Source: a virus. Taken from it: a stretch of 64,000 nt of DNA. Both the position numbers and the translations under genes were made by a program. The notes under the pieces are model-generated. The model was given only the letters and a program-made list of their open reading frames with translations, was not told the DNA's origin and searched no databases. The stretch spans positions 68,594 through 132,593 of IMG/VR virus record IMGVR_UViG_3300009506_000003; one strand, written 5' to 3'. This document shows, piece after piece, positions 10,603 through 20,125 of this stretch; the stretch's first letter is position 1; each line of letters opens with the position of its first letter.

Positions 10603-10964
10603 GCTACTTCGAAGACGTAGTGCGCTGGCATCGAAAAGTGGGGCACCCGGTCGCCCCCAACATTATGGCCGCGCAAGAGGCGATGCACGGCGGGCTCGGC
10701 TGGAAGTTGGTGGTGGAAGAGTTCAAGGAGCTCTGCGATGCCACCAACATCGAGGAGTACGCCGATGCTATCGGTGACCTCATCTGGGTGCTCTGCGGCG
10801 ACGCCGCACGGAAAGGAATCCCGCTGGACCGAGTCTGGGCTGAGATCCGAAGAGCCAACTTCGACAAGCTGGGCGGGCCTGTCAGAGAGGACGGCAAGAT
10901 TCTGAAACCGGAAGGATGGCGCCCGCCCGACATCACTTCCGCATTGAAGGAGGAAATAGGATGA
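10599..10964 (+). CDS. MazG-like / all-alpha NTP pyrophosphohydrolase
   Basis: EEFKEL...DAIGDL...N..K...REDGKILKPEGW pattern. Confidence 0.8.
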   Translation: MSYFEDVVRWHRKVGHPVAPNIMAAQEAMHGGLGWKLVVEEFKELCDATNIEEYADAIGDLIWVLCGDAARKGIPLDRVWAEIRRANFDKLGGPVREDGKILKPEGWRPPDITSALKEEIG

Positions 10965-11275
10965 GCAGGCCTTGGTCTGTGAACCCAGAGAACTGGGACC
11001 AGTGCATCAACTACCTGTTCCCCAAGTGGCTCAAAGAGCGTGGCGGCATCGTAGTCTACGAGAACCATATGTTCGACAGCAGCAGCTTGGGAGACAAGAC
11101 GTTCATGCCGGCCAGGTACATCGCAGAGGACAACCAGATGCACGACGCGCCAGAGGAGCACCGCCCGAACGGTGGGGTCCCCAGCATGCGTCAGCAGAAG
11201 GTAGACCACATCCGCCTCGAGGACTTCTCGACGCTGGAAGACGCGCTGGAGTGCTTCGAGAAGGAGGCCGCATGA
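10961..11275 (+). CDS. Hypothetical protein
   Basis: Coupled ORF with RBS. Confidence 0.65.
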   Translation: MSRPWSVNPENWDQCINYLFPKWLKERGGIVVYENHMFDSSSLGDKTFMPARYIAEDNQMHDAPEEHRPNGGVPSMRQQKVDHIRLEDFSTLEDALECFEKEAA

Positions 11276-11439
11276 AGCGCTGTGGGAAGTGCGAGAACTG
11301 CAAGAAGCTGGAGAGAGTAAAAGCTCGGGTCTTGGCCTGCGCCAACCCTCCCTTCAGCCATGCAGACGACGATGTCGTGAACTTGTGGAACACAGAGCTC
11401 AAACGACTTCCATGTCAGGAGAATCCCAATGCTCAATGA
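11272..11439 (+). CDS. Small Cys-containing protein
   Basis: AAGGAGG RBS; CGKCENC. Confidence 0.55.
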   Translation: MKRCGKCENCKKLERVKARVLACANPPFSHADDDVVNLWNTELKRLPCQENPNAQ

Positions 11440-11698
11440 CGCCCACCGGGCCAACTTCGAGACGCTCGAGCGGGCGTTCTCTGAGGGGGACGTATGCCTC
11501 CTCGAATGCGTAGACAAGGATACTGGAAAACCGATCCCTGTCATTTGTGCAGTTCAACCTTCCGGGGACGAGGCAGCGCCGATTGAGTTTGTGCCGTTTG
11601 CCAAGTTGTTCCTGGGCAACCCTTACGAGGAGGTAGATCCCCCTCAGGAGATGGATACACATGAGCCAAGCGATTGTGCTGTCGGGGAACCCGAGTGA
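11429..11698 (+). CDS. DUF6117-like protein
   Basis: RANFETL...LLEC.D..TG.P..VICAV...PF..L..GNPYE pattern recognised from memory. Confidence 0.6.
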   Translation: MLNDAHRANFETLERAFSEGDVCLLECVDKDTGKPIPVICAVQPSGDEAAPIEFVPFAKLFLGNPYEEVDPPQEMDTHEPSDCAVGEPE

Positions 11699-12155
11699 GG
11701 GTTTCACAGCCGTCGGCCCATTTGACGACTTTGACGAGGCCGCCGACTGGGCCGACAGCCAGGTCACCATCGGCAACACGTGGGTGATGACCGTCGTCAG
11801 CCCCGCCAACTACGAGGAGTCGGAAGTGAGTGGGATGGATGCAGTCAAGAAGCTGATCACCGACCTCGGGCTCGATGAGCCTGGGGCCCCCAATCTGGAC
11901 GGCCACACAGAAGACGACCTGCGACAGTTCGTGCAGGTGGCTTCTCGTTGTCCTGGACAGCTCGGGGCTGTTCTCTTCGGGGAGCAGGAAGACCGTGAAG
12001 CCCGCCGGCGCGCGGTTGACACGCTCTGCACCTATGCCCAACTCCGACTGCAGGCGTCGAGCCTGCGTCTGGTGGGCCGCATCGACGAGGCTATGGCTGT
12101 GGAAGCCACGATGGAGCGGCTCTACGGCATCCTGCCTGAATGGGGGCGGTGGTAG
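11661..12155 (+). CDS. Hypothetical protein
   Basis: AGGAG RBS; operon context. Confidence 0.6.
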   Translation: MSQAIVLSGNPSEGFTAVGPFDDFDEAADWADSQVTIGNTWVMTVVSPANYEESEVSGMDAVKKLITDLGLDEPGAPNLDGHTEDDLRQFVQVASRCPGQLGAVLFGEQEDREARRRAVDTLCTYAQLRLQASSLRLVGRIDEAMAVEATMERLYGILPEWGRW

Positions 12156-12229
12156 ACGACGTCTTCACCACCTCTCCGCCCGAACAACAAACACTGTGAC
12201 ACATTGATGGGTATCGAAAGGAGACACCC

Positions 12230-12484
12230 ATGGTACACCCAGATCACGCAATGCTGGCAGACTCCAAAGAGCCACTGGTCGACGCCAAGAAGCTCGCCGA
12301 GTTTCTGTCAGTCCGCAAGGAGTACATCTATGTCTTGATGCGTCAGGGGATGCCCCACTACCGCATCGGGAACCGGAAGTACGTCCGCTTCGTCAAGTCG
12401 GAAGTACTCGACTGGATCAAGACCAACCCCTTCCAAGAGGAGAACGATGCCACACCTGAAGGCGCAGATTCTCGGCCCCACTGA
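12230..12484 (+). CDS. Excisionase-like HTH DNA-binding protein
   Basis: KKLAEFLSV.KEYIY...GMPHYRIG...VRF...EVLDWI. Confidence 0.8.
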   Translation: MVHPDHAMLADSKEPLVDAKKLAEFLSVRKEYIYVLMRQGMPHYRIGNRKYVRFVKSEVLDWIKTNPFQEENDATPEGADSRPH

Positions 12485-13034
12485 TTGGTGGAAGGTCGAG
12501 ACGACAAACGGCACCTGCTGGGTGCTATGTGAGGACCTCGGCGTGCGAGAGGTCAAGGCAGAGGATCTTCTCGATCTCCTGCCGTCTGACAACTACGACA
12601 CGCAGGACATCATCCAGTGGGAGTACTACCGGGGGTACGGCGTCAGGCTGACAGAGCCGGACGAGACGCCCTGGGAGGTCTACGACTCGGAGTACGATGC
12701 CAAGATCTACTTCTCGGATGAGCACCAAGAGCTCTGCCCAATCTGTCTGACAGAGTTGGACGGGGATGGAACATGCGCAGCGTGCGTCCGAGACCTAGAC
12801 CACGAGACGTTTCTCGACGCGCTTGGTACCGTGCTTCAAGGAGTGACGGTCAACGAGATCCTGCACACTGTGCCGGGCATCTACGAGATCATCGCGGAGG
12901 AGTACAACAACGAGGCCTTGAATCAGGCCTACGAGGACATGAGGCTACGGTATGAAGCCAAAGATCCGGATGCCCAAAGGGCAGACGAGGCCCAAGCCCG
13001 AGACGGTACGGGCACAGGCCAAGCCCCAGCGTAA
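12447..13034 (+). CDS. Hypothetical protein
   Basis: GAGGAG RBS. Confidence 0.65.
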   Translation: MPHLKAQILGPTDWWKVETTNGTCWVLCEDLGVREVKAEDLLDLLPSDNYDTQDIIQWEYYRGYGVRLTEPDETPWEVYDSEYDAKIYFSDEHQELCPICLTELDGDGTCAACVRDLDHETFLDALGTVLQGVTVNEILHTVPGIYEIIAEEYNNEALNQAYEDMRLRYEAKDPDAQRADEAQARDGTGTGQAPA

Positions 13035-13194
13035 AGCCAGGGCTTCACCGAAGCGGGGAGACCCCTACATGGATAAGGTGGTCGACCTGAAAGACGCGAA
13101 CGGCAATGTCATCTTCCGAGGGACCAGAAGGGAATGTGTGGTGTACGCGCACGAGACCTTCGAGGAGCGACACTTCCGTAGAGCATCATGGTGA
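12952..13194 (+). CDS. Hypothetical basic protein
   Basis: Last plus-strand ORF before the convergent block. Confidence 0.5.
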   Translation: MKPKIRMPKGQTRPKPETVRAQAKPQRKARASPKRGDPYMDKVVDLKDANGNVIFRGTRRECVVYAHETFEERHFRRASW

Positions 13195-13377
13195 GAGTCT
13201 GCGGGATCCGTACACGGTCCCGCAGACAGGACACCTCTGAACGGTTTGCCGTGTCGCGGGGTCAACCCGCGGCACGGTCTTCCGATGGCACTTCCTGCAC
13301 ATCATGCTCTTGGCCTTCCCCGGTGTCTTCGGGGAGTTCTTCGCTAGGGACCGCGTCCCTGTGATCACTCGTGGCAT
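13186..13377 (-). CDS. Small Zn-ribbon protein
   Basis: CRKC...CPVC; AGGAGAGG RBS. Confidence 0.55.
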   Translation of the reverse strand: MPRVITGTRSLAKNSPKTPGKAKSMMCRKCHRKTVPRVDPATRQTVQRCPVCGTVYGSRRLSP

Positions 13378-13819
13378 CTGCCTCTCCTTCTTTAGCTTGG
13401 GGTTCTGGCGGTGGAGGCAGCTTGTCGAGCGCGACGCCCAGCATCCACTCCATCATGTGGTCTCGAAAGTCTGGGCGAGCTCGGAATGAGGCCCAGTCCT
13501 TGAACAGTGTCTCGATGTCGTCGGCCTCGATACGCTCGTCAGCCCCGACCTTCTCCAACAGCAAGTTGATGCCCATGACGGCCATCCTGGTGGAGACAGC
13601 AAACTGCTCGTCGAGCAAGTTCTGCGACTTGGTCAGCTCCTTCTGGTTGGCCCAGATGGTCTGGTTGGAACGCGCCATCACCTGGATGGTAGCGTCGAGC
13701 TGATTGACCCTCTTACTCAGCCGCTCCTCGAGCTGCTGGAGGGACCGCTCTAATTCCTTGTGGGTTTTTTTTCGTGGGTTTGGGCCTCGTGGCCCGCTTG
13801 CCTTTCGTGCTCTTGTCAT
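13262..13819 (-). CDS. Coiled-coil hypothetical protein
   Basis: ORF track; operon context. Confidence 0.6.
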   Translation of the reverse strand: MTRARKASGPRGPNPRKKTHKELERSLQQLEERLSKRVNQLDATIQVMARSNQTIWANQKELTKSQNLLDEQFAVSTRMAVMGINLLLEKVGADERIEADDIETLFKDWASFRARPDFRDHMMEWMLGVALDKLPPPPEPQAKEGEADATSDHRDAVPSEELPEDTGEGQEHDVQEVPSEDRAAG

Positions 13820-14093
13820 CTTTCTTGGTCTCCACTACCTCGAGATTCTCCAAGGACTCGATCTCCTCTTCGAGAGGAGCAATTTTCTCGGCCTCAATCC
13901 CTCGGACGATCTCAGTGATGATCTCCTGGCTGACGAGCTTTGCAACGCAGCCCTCAGCAGGGATCCCATGTTGTGCCTCTCGAACCTCCGTGTCCACAAA
14001 CTTGATGAGCGTGTCCACGACCTGGTGCCAAACAGCGCGATGCTGCCTACTCTCTTCGAGCTTTTGAAGTGCTTCAATGAACGAGAGCGCCAT
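13713..14093 (-). CDS. Hypothetical protein
   Basis: GGAGG RBS. Confidence 0.65.
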   Translation of the reverse strand: MALSFIEALQKLEESRQHRAVWHQVVDTLIKFVDTEVREAQHGIPAEGCVAKLVSQEIITEIVRGIEAEKIAPLEEEIESLENLEVVETKKDDKSTKGKRATRPKPTKKNPQGIRAVPPAARGAAE

Positions 14094-14250
14094 GCAAATC
14101 CTCCAACGAGCTAGGTATAAGCCCTATGTTGGCCCTCATGGCAGAGGAGTGGCTCCCTCGCCAGAGCCGGTTCGAGGAGAACCAGCCGGGGCTGCAGCGG
14201 TGCCGATTGTCGGTCGAGCGAGCAGCTCCGTTCTTTTAGCCCTCCAAGAG

Positions 14251-14979
14251 TCATGCCGTTATCATAGCAAGAAAACGTGCCTTCAGGTCAGCCCCATTGG
14301 CCAAGTCCTTTCGGATCGCTTTCAGTGTGTAGATCAACGGCTGCCTCTGTACCCTAGCCTTCTCCAGCTTGTCTATGTCTGCCGTTGTCTCGTGCAGGGC
14401 GTCGTACCGAATCTCGTATGGTGAGTACTTCAGATAGACGTCCGCGTCGCCCTCGAGTGCATACCAGGTCTTGACCAAAAGCTCTGCGAGGTTCGGAGGT
14501 GTGAGGTTCGCCAGCTTCTCCCCCACAACATACGGTAGCCTCTCCAGCCCGTCCGATCTTCGGTTCTCCTTCCGAAGGGATGAGACGTGAGCTCCTTTCG
14601 CAGCCGGGTCCAAGAACAACTCCCGTTGGCAGTGTCGGCAGACCGTGTGCATGTAGGCGAAGTCATCTGACGAGATCGGCTTCCCGCAGTCATTGTAGCC
14701 GCACCAGTACATCTTCTGGTCGCCACCACCATGCAGCCTCTTCCCCGACTCCCAGATCTGGAGCATGAGCGGTGAAGGCTTGTGAGCCAAAGACGACCGA
14801 TGTCGACTGAACATGACCTCGATCTTGTACTTGGCCTTGTCGAGCTCCCTCTGACGTACTGCCTCAAGATCCTCCTTCGTGAGCTTCACCTGGGTCTCCC
14901 CAGATATGCTCCCGCCCCGAGGACGACCTACGGCCACCTCAGCAGGAAGAGCCGTGATTTTGTCGTCTGGCAGACTCAT
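14251..14979 (-). CDS. Hypothetical protein with Zn-finger
   Basis: CGYNDC...CRHC; GAGGT RBS. Confidence 0.65.
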   Translation of the reverse strand: MSLPDDKITALPAEVAVGRPRGGSISGETQVKLTKEDLEAVRQRELDKAKYKIEVMFSRHRSSLAHKPSPLMLQIWESGKRLHGGGDQKMYWCGYNDCGKPISSDDFAYMHTVCRHCQRELFLDPAAKGAHVSSLRKENRRSDGLERLPYVVGEKLANLTPPNLAELLVKTWYALEGDADVYLKYSPYEIRYDALHETTADIDKLEKARVQRQPLIYTLKAIRKDLANGADLKARFLAMITA

Positions 14980-14982
14980 GAG

Positions 14983-15498
14983 CTACCTCACTGGCGCAGC
15001 GCCCTTGCGCCCGCCTTTGCCCTGAGACCCCATGGGAGTGCCAGGGCCGGTGAGGGGAGACTCCATCACCTCGAACTTCGGGATGGCAGGAGCGATGGCC
15101 TCACAGATTGCATGTGCGGCTGCCCGAAGGTCATTCGAGGCAAACGAGATCGTCCAAGCGAACTTCGTGCGCTTGTGCTTTCTCAAGTACTGCTTGCACA
15201 AGTGACCTTCGCAATCTTGGTGCACCTCGATGGCCTCGAGGACAGGGGTGATGATCTTGTCGACGAACGCCCCCTCGTTGTCTGCCTTCACCCTTCCGAG
15301 CAAATGTACCTGACCCGGGCTGGCCTTCACTTCTACCACCTCGAACAGCTTGGTGGCCTGGAAGGCGCCGGCGGTCTGCTGAGCGGTGTGCTCGGCATAC
15401 TCCTGAGCGGAAATGTCGGGTGCCTCAAACTCGCTGATGTCCTGGTCGGACTCATTCCTGCCGCGAGTACGGAACTCACTCTCCACTGATGCTGTCAT
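14983..15498 (-). CDS. Hypothetical protein
   Basis: GGAG RBS. Confidence 0.65.
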   Translation of the reverse strand: MTASVESEFRTRGRNESDQDISEFEAPDISAQEYAEHTAQQTAGAFQATKLFEVVEVKASPGQVHLLGRVKADNEGAFVDKIITPVLEAIEVHQDCEGHLCKQYLRKHKRTKFAWTISFASNDLRAAAHAICEAIAPAIPKFEVMESPLTGPGTPMGSQGKGGRKGAAPVR

Positions 15499-15772
15499 GT
15501 TTTTTCTCCAATGCCACGACGTTGTCCGGAAGGTCCATCTCCTCCAGGTGACGCCGGTAGTCTTCTAGTAAACCCTCACAACGAACAATCGCGATGATGA
15601 GGCCGTTGTCTACGACCTTCATTGCGGGCCAGTCCGCCAACATGCTCTGACGTTCCGGCTTGTCGTCCAACTCTCGCATGCGCGTGTAGAGGACGTCCCT
15701 CGCCACCTTGAACGCATGAAGGTCTCGCTCGACCTCGGTGACCTCAGCAATGATCTCCTCACGAGTCGGCAC
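15476..15772 (-). CDS. Hypothetical protein
   Basis: GGAGG RBS; GTG start. Confidence 0.65.
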   Translation of the reverse strand: MPTREEIIAEVTEVERDLHAFKVARDVLYTRMRELDDKPERQSMLADWPAMKVVDNGLIIAIVRCEGLLEDYRRHLEEMDLPDNVVALEKKHDSISGE

Positions 15773-16118
15773 GTGATCCTCCTACCAGGTCGTAGATGGG
15801 GCACTCGGTGCCGCACGCGGGGCAATCAACTCCGGCGGTCTTCTCCACCGTCCGGTCCTCTTCTTCCCACACCAAATGCTTGCACGGCTGACCACCAGAG
15901 ATACTCGGCATGGGAGCACCGCCGGGCTCACCACCTTCCCTTGGAGTGGCACAACAAGCTGCCACGTCGCAGGAACAGGTTCCCTCCCTCTCCCCACTCG
16001 GAAAGGTGTACGTGCACTCCGGAGGCAGGTAGTTGTCCACCTTCGGGTACTCCACGCAGACCTTCGGCTTCCGGTCGTGGATGGCGCAGCGCCCTATGAG
16101 CCTCTTCTCAGTTGTCAT
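15759..16118 (-). CDS. Cys-cluster (YkgJ-like) metal-binding protein
   Basis: CAIHDRKPKVCVEYP motif plus further Cys clusters. Confidence 0.55.
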   Translation of the reverse strand: MTTEKRLIGRCAIHDRKPKVCVEYPKVDNYLPPECTYTFPSGEREGTCSCDVAACCATPREGGEPGGAPMPSISGGQPCKHLVWEEEDRTVEKTAGVDCPACGTECPIYDLVGGSRADS

Positions 16119-16299
16119 GGCGTGTGGTCTTGAAGATGCGGGTGATGGCCCCATGCTTGCGAACCAACCCCGAGTAGTCTGGGCCCTTCACTCCCTCCCA
16201 AAACGGACGGCCGGTTCTGGTTTCACGAAAAGGGATCCCGAGAGCGACATCCTCAGCCGTGATCTCCTCGACGAACAAGCTCTTGATCCACTCGAGCAT
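16108..16299 (-). CDS. Hypothetical protein
   Basis: GGGAG RBS. Confidence 0.5.
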   Translation of the reverse strand: MLEWIKSLFVEEITAEDVALGIPFRETRTGRPFWEGVKGPDYSGLVRKHGAITRIFKTTRHDN

Positions 16300-16300
16300 C

Positions 16301-16768
16301 TCAGCTCCCTTCTGGTGATTCCACGTAGATGACCAGAGCAACCACGGAGTCACCTTCGTAGCGCTGCTCTTTCTTCACCACCTTGCGTTCCCCCACACCA
16401 TCGCGGAGGTCGACCTTGGTGAGGGTCACCCACGGCATTTCGTTCGGGACCACCAGGCGGCCGAGGCGGTCGATGAGTACGTCGTCCTCCCCGTTGAACG
16501 TCTCGTTCTCGAACTCCAGGAAGATGTTCCTGTAGCCGCCTGGATGGTCCAATTCGGTCTCCCGGATTTCGGCCATGTCGCTGGTGATGGCTTCCCCGAG
16601 CTCGCGCACGAAGTTGTCCACCTCCGCGCGATCATCCGTGTTCAGCGGGCGGCTTCCATGGGACTGTTCGTAGTCCTCTGGTAGTAAGCGCCAGTTGACC
16701 AACTGTTGAATCGCGTTCTTGGGGATGACTCCCGCTTCCACCAACATCTTTGCTGTCTGCTGAGCCAT
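16301..16768 (-). CDS. Hypothetical protein
   Basis: GAGGAG RBS. Confidence 0.65.
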   Translation of the reverse strand: MAQQTAKMLVEAGVIPKNAIQQLVNWRLLPEDYEQSHGSRPLNTDDRAEVDNFVRELGEAITSDMAEIRETELDHPGGYRNIFLEFENETFNGEDDVLIDRLGRLVVPNEMPWVTLTKVDLRDGVGERKVVKKEQRYEGDSVVALVIYVESPEGS

Positions 16769-17303
16769 GACTTCTCCTCGTCAGGTCTACCGCGGTCTTC
16801 ACCGCGAAAGAGATTTCAGATGGGTCCGCACTCGGATGCTTCGAACAACAGAGGATCAGGGTCTCCTCTGGGATGGATTTGACTCTGTGGATAGGCAGAC
16901 CCAAGAGGCTATCCACGCTTCGGACGGGCAGGCCTCTCTCCTCCACCTCAAGCCACTTCCAAATCAGGTTCTCGTTGTTGGGCCCACTGACCCAGCAAGT
17001 TGCGTTGAGCCCCTCTCCGTGAGCCAGAAGCATCATGTCTACGAGCACCTGGTACGAAGTGGCCCCGTCGCTGTAGTACTCCGCGATGTCAGGCAGGTTG
17101 CGCAAGGCACCGTCCCACGTGACCTCGTCTTCTTGAAGGCCGTCCCCCTCAACCCATCGTTGAGCCCTGACGTACGTGTCATCGTTGTCGAGCTCCACAC
17201 GCTTCACGTGACCACCATTCAAGATCTCTCGAATGAGAGAACAGATGCCGTCCACCGTTCCGGGAAGCTCGAACTTCTCCGTGCGTATGCTAGATTTGCT
17301 CAA
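16632..17303 (-). CDS. Hypothetical protein
   Basis: Probable TTG start overlapping the upstream gene end; start uncertain. Confidence 0.55.
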   Translation of the reverse strand: MSKSSIRTEKFELPGTVDGICSLIREILNGGHVKRVELDNDDTYVRAQRWVEGDGLQEDEVTWDGALRNLPDIAEYYSDGATSYQVLVDMMLLAHGEGLNATCWVSGPNNENLIWKWLEVEERGLPVRSVDSLLGLPIHRVKSIPEETLILCCSKHPSADPSEISFAVKTAVDLTRRSHGSADSKDVGGSGSHPQERDSTVGQLALTTRGLRTVPWKPPAEHG

Positions 17304-17505
17304 CGTCAGGCCCCTTTTCCCGTTCGAGAAGGTCCACGAAGTGGTCCGTAATGATCGTCGAGAGAGACTTGTGATGCCGCTTCGCATAGGCGTGCATGTC
17401 CCGCTTCAGCCGTGGCTCGATCATCAGATTGAGCCGAGCCGTGCGCAGAGGCTCTCTCCCGTTGGGCCGCTTCTTGGCCTTCTTTTTGGTCTTCGCAGTA
17501 GCCAT
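17290..17505 (-). CDS. Ribbon-helix-helix-like DNA-binding protein
   Basis: ARLNLMIEPRLKRDMHAYAKRHHKSLSTIITD fits an RHH pattern. Confidence 0.6.
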   Translation of the reverse strand: MATAKTKKKAKKRPNGREPLRTARLNLMIEPRLKRDMHAYAKRHHKSLSTIITDHFVDLLEREKGPDVEQI

Positions 17506-17508
17506 CGT

Positions 17509-17805
17509 CTACCCCACAGGCGTCTCCTCATCCGGCCTGAGATGCGAGTACCCCTCCAGGAACTCCCGAAGGCCCGGTATCGGGTACTTCTTCAGGATCA
17601 GGTTGATGACCTGCTGGTGCATCTGCTCCAGGAGCTGGTTCATTGAGGGCTCTTCCCCCTCGAGCATCGTTCCCTTGAACGCCTTGGTCATTTCCTGGTC
17701 GACGAACTTGTGAAGCTCCAAGTCTGCAGCCAAAAAGTGAGGCAGCCACATCCAGGCCACTTCCCACCGCCCGTCTTGCGCCTTCTTTTCATGGATGAGG
17801 TACAT
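17509..17805 (-). CDS. Hypothetical protein
   Basis: GGAGG RBS. Confidence 0.6.
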   Translation of the reverse strand: MYLIHEKKAQDGRWEVAWMWLPHFLAADLELHKFVDQEMTKAFKGTMLEGEEPSMNQLLEQMHQQVINLILKKYPIPGLREFLEGYSHLRPDEETPVG

Positions 17806-17837
17806 GGAGCCTCCAAGTCCGCAGTGCCAGGGTTGCG

Positions 17838-18125
17838 CTACTCTTCCACTCCGAGCAGCTCGTCTTCTTTCAGGATGAGATGCACCTCACCACCGATTTT
17901 GAGTTCGGTGCCTGAGTACTTCCCGAAGAGGACCACGTCCCCTTCCTTCACGCTGACTTTGGCGGTGTAGCCGTCCTCGAGCAGCTTCCCGTCTCCCACG
18001 GACACCACCACCCCCTTGTTGGGCTTTTCCTGAGCCCCATCTGGAATGATGATCCCTCCCTCGGTCACCGTGTCAGAGTCGACACGCTTCACGAGGACTC
18101 GGTCTTGTAGTGGTCTGAACGCCAT
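17838..18125 (-). CDS. groES: Co-chaperonin GroES
   Basis: [12 protein letters not shown]...[22 protein letters not shown]...[16 protein letters not shown]. Confidence 0.97.
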   Translation of the reverse strand: MAFRPLQDRVLVKRVDSDTVTEGGIIIPDGAQEKPNKGVVVSVGDGKLLEDGYTAKVSVKEGDVVLFGKYSGTELKIGGEVHLILKEDELLGVEE

Positions 18126-18134
18126 GTGGTCTCC

Positions 18135-18485
18135 CTAGTTGTCGTATGGGAGGGCGAGGTCGAGCTCGTCTCCCTCGTCGAGAACCCCAATGAGGTCTCG
18201 CAGGTGCATGAAGCAGTGGGCAATGCCCACCCGGTTGGCCTCTTTCAGGTGACCGCGAAAAACGACTCGATCTCCTGGGGCGATGGTTGGCTTGATGAAC
18301 TTCACCTTGCCGTTTACCTCGTCGAAGTAGCCCTTGCCGACAGACAAGACTCGACCGACGACGTGGCCCAGCCGTTCGTAGAGATTGCCGTCAGGGATGT
18401 AGAGTCCGCTGTCGGTTCTCTTCTTCGGCGTCTCGGGCTTCACCAAAACCCAAGGGCCGTTAGCCCTCACTCGTTCGGCGTCCAT
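18135..18485 (-). CDS. Divergent GroES-like co-chaperonin
   Basis: WVLVKP...TDSGLYIP...GRVLSVGKG...PGDRVVF...DLIGVL. Confidence 0.8.
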   Translation of the reverse strand: MDAERVRANGPWVLVKPETPKKRTDSGLYIPDGNLYERLGHVVGRVLSVGKGYFDEVNGKVKFIKPTIAPGDRVVFRGHLKEANRVGIAHCFMHLRDLIGVLDEGDELDLALPYDN

Positions 18486-18814
18486 CAGAGTGACTCCGCC
18501 CCGTCGTCGGCTCCCTCGCCTTCGAGGCCGAGCTTCTGGAGCTTCGCCGAGAGAGCTTTGTTGAACCAGCCGTTGCCGGCGGTGGCAACGAACGACCCCT
18601 GGATCTTCTCGTTGAGGATGAAAGCGGTCTCAGAGTCGGGCGCCTTGAACACCAGGCGGACGCTCTTTTGACCAGCCCCGTCCGTGTACTGGACCAGGTA
18701 GGTGTTGATCGGAAGGGCACCGATAACCTTGTTCGGGCCGCCCTCTTCTCCGGCCTTTCCGAAGACGAAGCCGGCGGTGTTCGGACCATGCTCTGGGGTA
18801 GGAATGCTGCTCAT
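18485..18814 (-). CDS. Hypothetical protein
   Basis: AAGGAG RBS; coupled. Confidence 0.65.
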   Translation of the reverse strand: MSSIPTPEHGPNTAGFVFGKAGEEGGPNKVIGALPINTYLVQYTDGAGQKSVRLVFKAPDSETAFILNEKIQGSFVATAGNGWFNKALSAKLQKLGLEGEGADDGAESL

Positions 18815-18815
18815 G

Positions 18816-19085
18816 TCACTCTCCTTGTGGGTTCAAAGACACAACGACGGGTTCACACCCGCACATCCGCACCGGGACCTGTGTTCCCGTCTGCGGGTCG
18901 ATCAGATTTTGGTACATCACTGGTTGCTGGCACAGCGGGCACGCCCCCTGACTCGGGACGTTCAGAGGCTGTGGCCTGGGTGGCACTGCCGCCCCGGACT
19001 GGGACGCAAGAGGCAGTACGAGCTTCAACAACTCGTCCAGCTTTTTTTCGATCCGTATCAGCGCTTTCGCCACGATGTTGTTCAT
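18816..19085 (-). CDS. Hypothetical Cys-containing protein
   Basis: GGAGG RBS; overlaps the low-complexity tail of the upstream ORF. Confidence 0.55.
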   Translation of the reverse strand: MNNIVAKALIRIEKKLDELLKLVLPLASQSGAAVPPRPQPLNVPSQGACPLCQQPVMYQNLIDPQTGTQVPVRMCGCEPVVVSLNPQGE

Positions 19086-19524
19086 CGAAAACCTCCAAGC
19101 ACGAGGGGCCGGGCTCCTCGATGTAGTAGCAACAGGCGCCCTTGCTCGAGGAGTCGAAGTGCAACCTGGTTCCGTCTTCCATGACCAGACGTTTGAGGAT
19201 GACCCTCTCAGGCTGCCCCGTCGGTTCTGCGTGAACCTCCATCACCTTCTTTGTGGTGATGAGCTCACGGAACCTGTTGACCGTGGCAGCGCTCCCGTCA
19301 GGCGCTCCAAAGCCATGAACGGCACGGTAGAACGTCTGAAGAGGTATCTCCTTCTGAGTGAATCCGCGCGCATGCCCCTTCACCTGCATGACTCGACCCT
19401 CACACAACGGGGTAGGGCAGTGTGCAGACTCTCGCTCCACGAGCTCAGACATGCTGTGGAGCTCTTCGAGCGTCCCCGCTAGCTGATACGAGGTCTTGCA
19501 GGTAGGGCAGGCGTAGAACCTCAT
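18853..19524 (-). CDS. Zn-ribbon hypothetical protein
   Basis: CPTC...CPTPLC; ATGA coupling. Confidence 0.6.
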   Translation of the reverse strand: MRFYACPTCKTSYQLAGTLEELHSMSELVERESAHCPTPLCEGRVMQVKGHARGFTQKEIPLQTFYRAVHGFGAPDGSAATVNRFRELITTKKVMEVHAEPTGQPERVILKRLVMEDGTRLHFDSSSKGACCYYIEEPGPSCLEVFDEQHRGESADTDRKKAGRVVEARTASCVPVRGGSATQATASERPESGGVPAVPATSDVPKSDRPADGNTGPGADVRV

Positions 19525-19934
19525 AGCGATGCCACCCCCGTCGCTGGGTCGTTATACTCTTCGCCAGGTTCTGCCCCTTCCTCTTCGTAGTCCCCCTCTT
19601 CAGGAAGGTCGACTACACTGGCCATTCGAGGCCCGGTCACCGGCTGTCGTTCAGGTTCGAACACCTGCTGATGAACCTGTGGCTCTGACTCCGGTACCAC
19701 TACCGGCTGTGGTTTTCCGGTACCCGGAATCGGAACCTGAGCAACCTTTGAGACTGTAGAAGCGTTACGGGTCTCTTGGGCCTCAGCCATCATGGCAATG
19801 ACTGCCATTGCGGTGTCGTCGTCGACATAGATCGGAAACTCTCGGACCCCGTTGGACAGAACCAATGCTTTGGGGATCGCATCCCCTGTTTCCAAGTCGT
19901 AGCTTTCTCCAGCTACCCGGACTACGCGAATCAT
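19521..19934 (-). CDS. Hypothetical protein
   Basis: GGAGG RBS; coupled. Confidence 0.65.
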   Translation of the reverse strand: MIRVVRVAGESYDLETGDAIPKALVLSNGVREFPIYVDDDTAMAVIAMMAEAQETRNASTVSKVAQVPIPGTGKPQPVVVPESEPQVHQQVFEPERQPVTGPRMASVVDLPEEGDYEEEGAEPGEEYNDPATGVASL

Positions 19935-20125
19935 GTGACCTCCGGTGGCGGAGCACTCACAGGGTGCCTCACCGTCATGGTTTTTCCTGTAAGCAAGTCA
20001 TGAAGTCCCGTGACGGCGGCCAACAAAGCGCACTTCGGCTTCCCACCTGCTATGTCCGGGCCACCTGAGTGAGCGATGCACTCCCCCTGACAGGTCCGGT
20101 CCTTGTCCAAAAAGCATTGTGCCAT
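19931..20125 (-). CDS. Small Cys-containing protein
   Basis: Coupled ORF. Confidence 0.55.
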   Translation of the reverse strand: MAQCFLDKDRTCQGECIAHSGGPDIAGGKPKCALLAAVTGLHDLLTGKTMTVRHPVSAPPPEVT

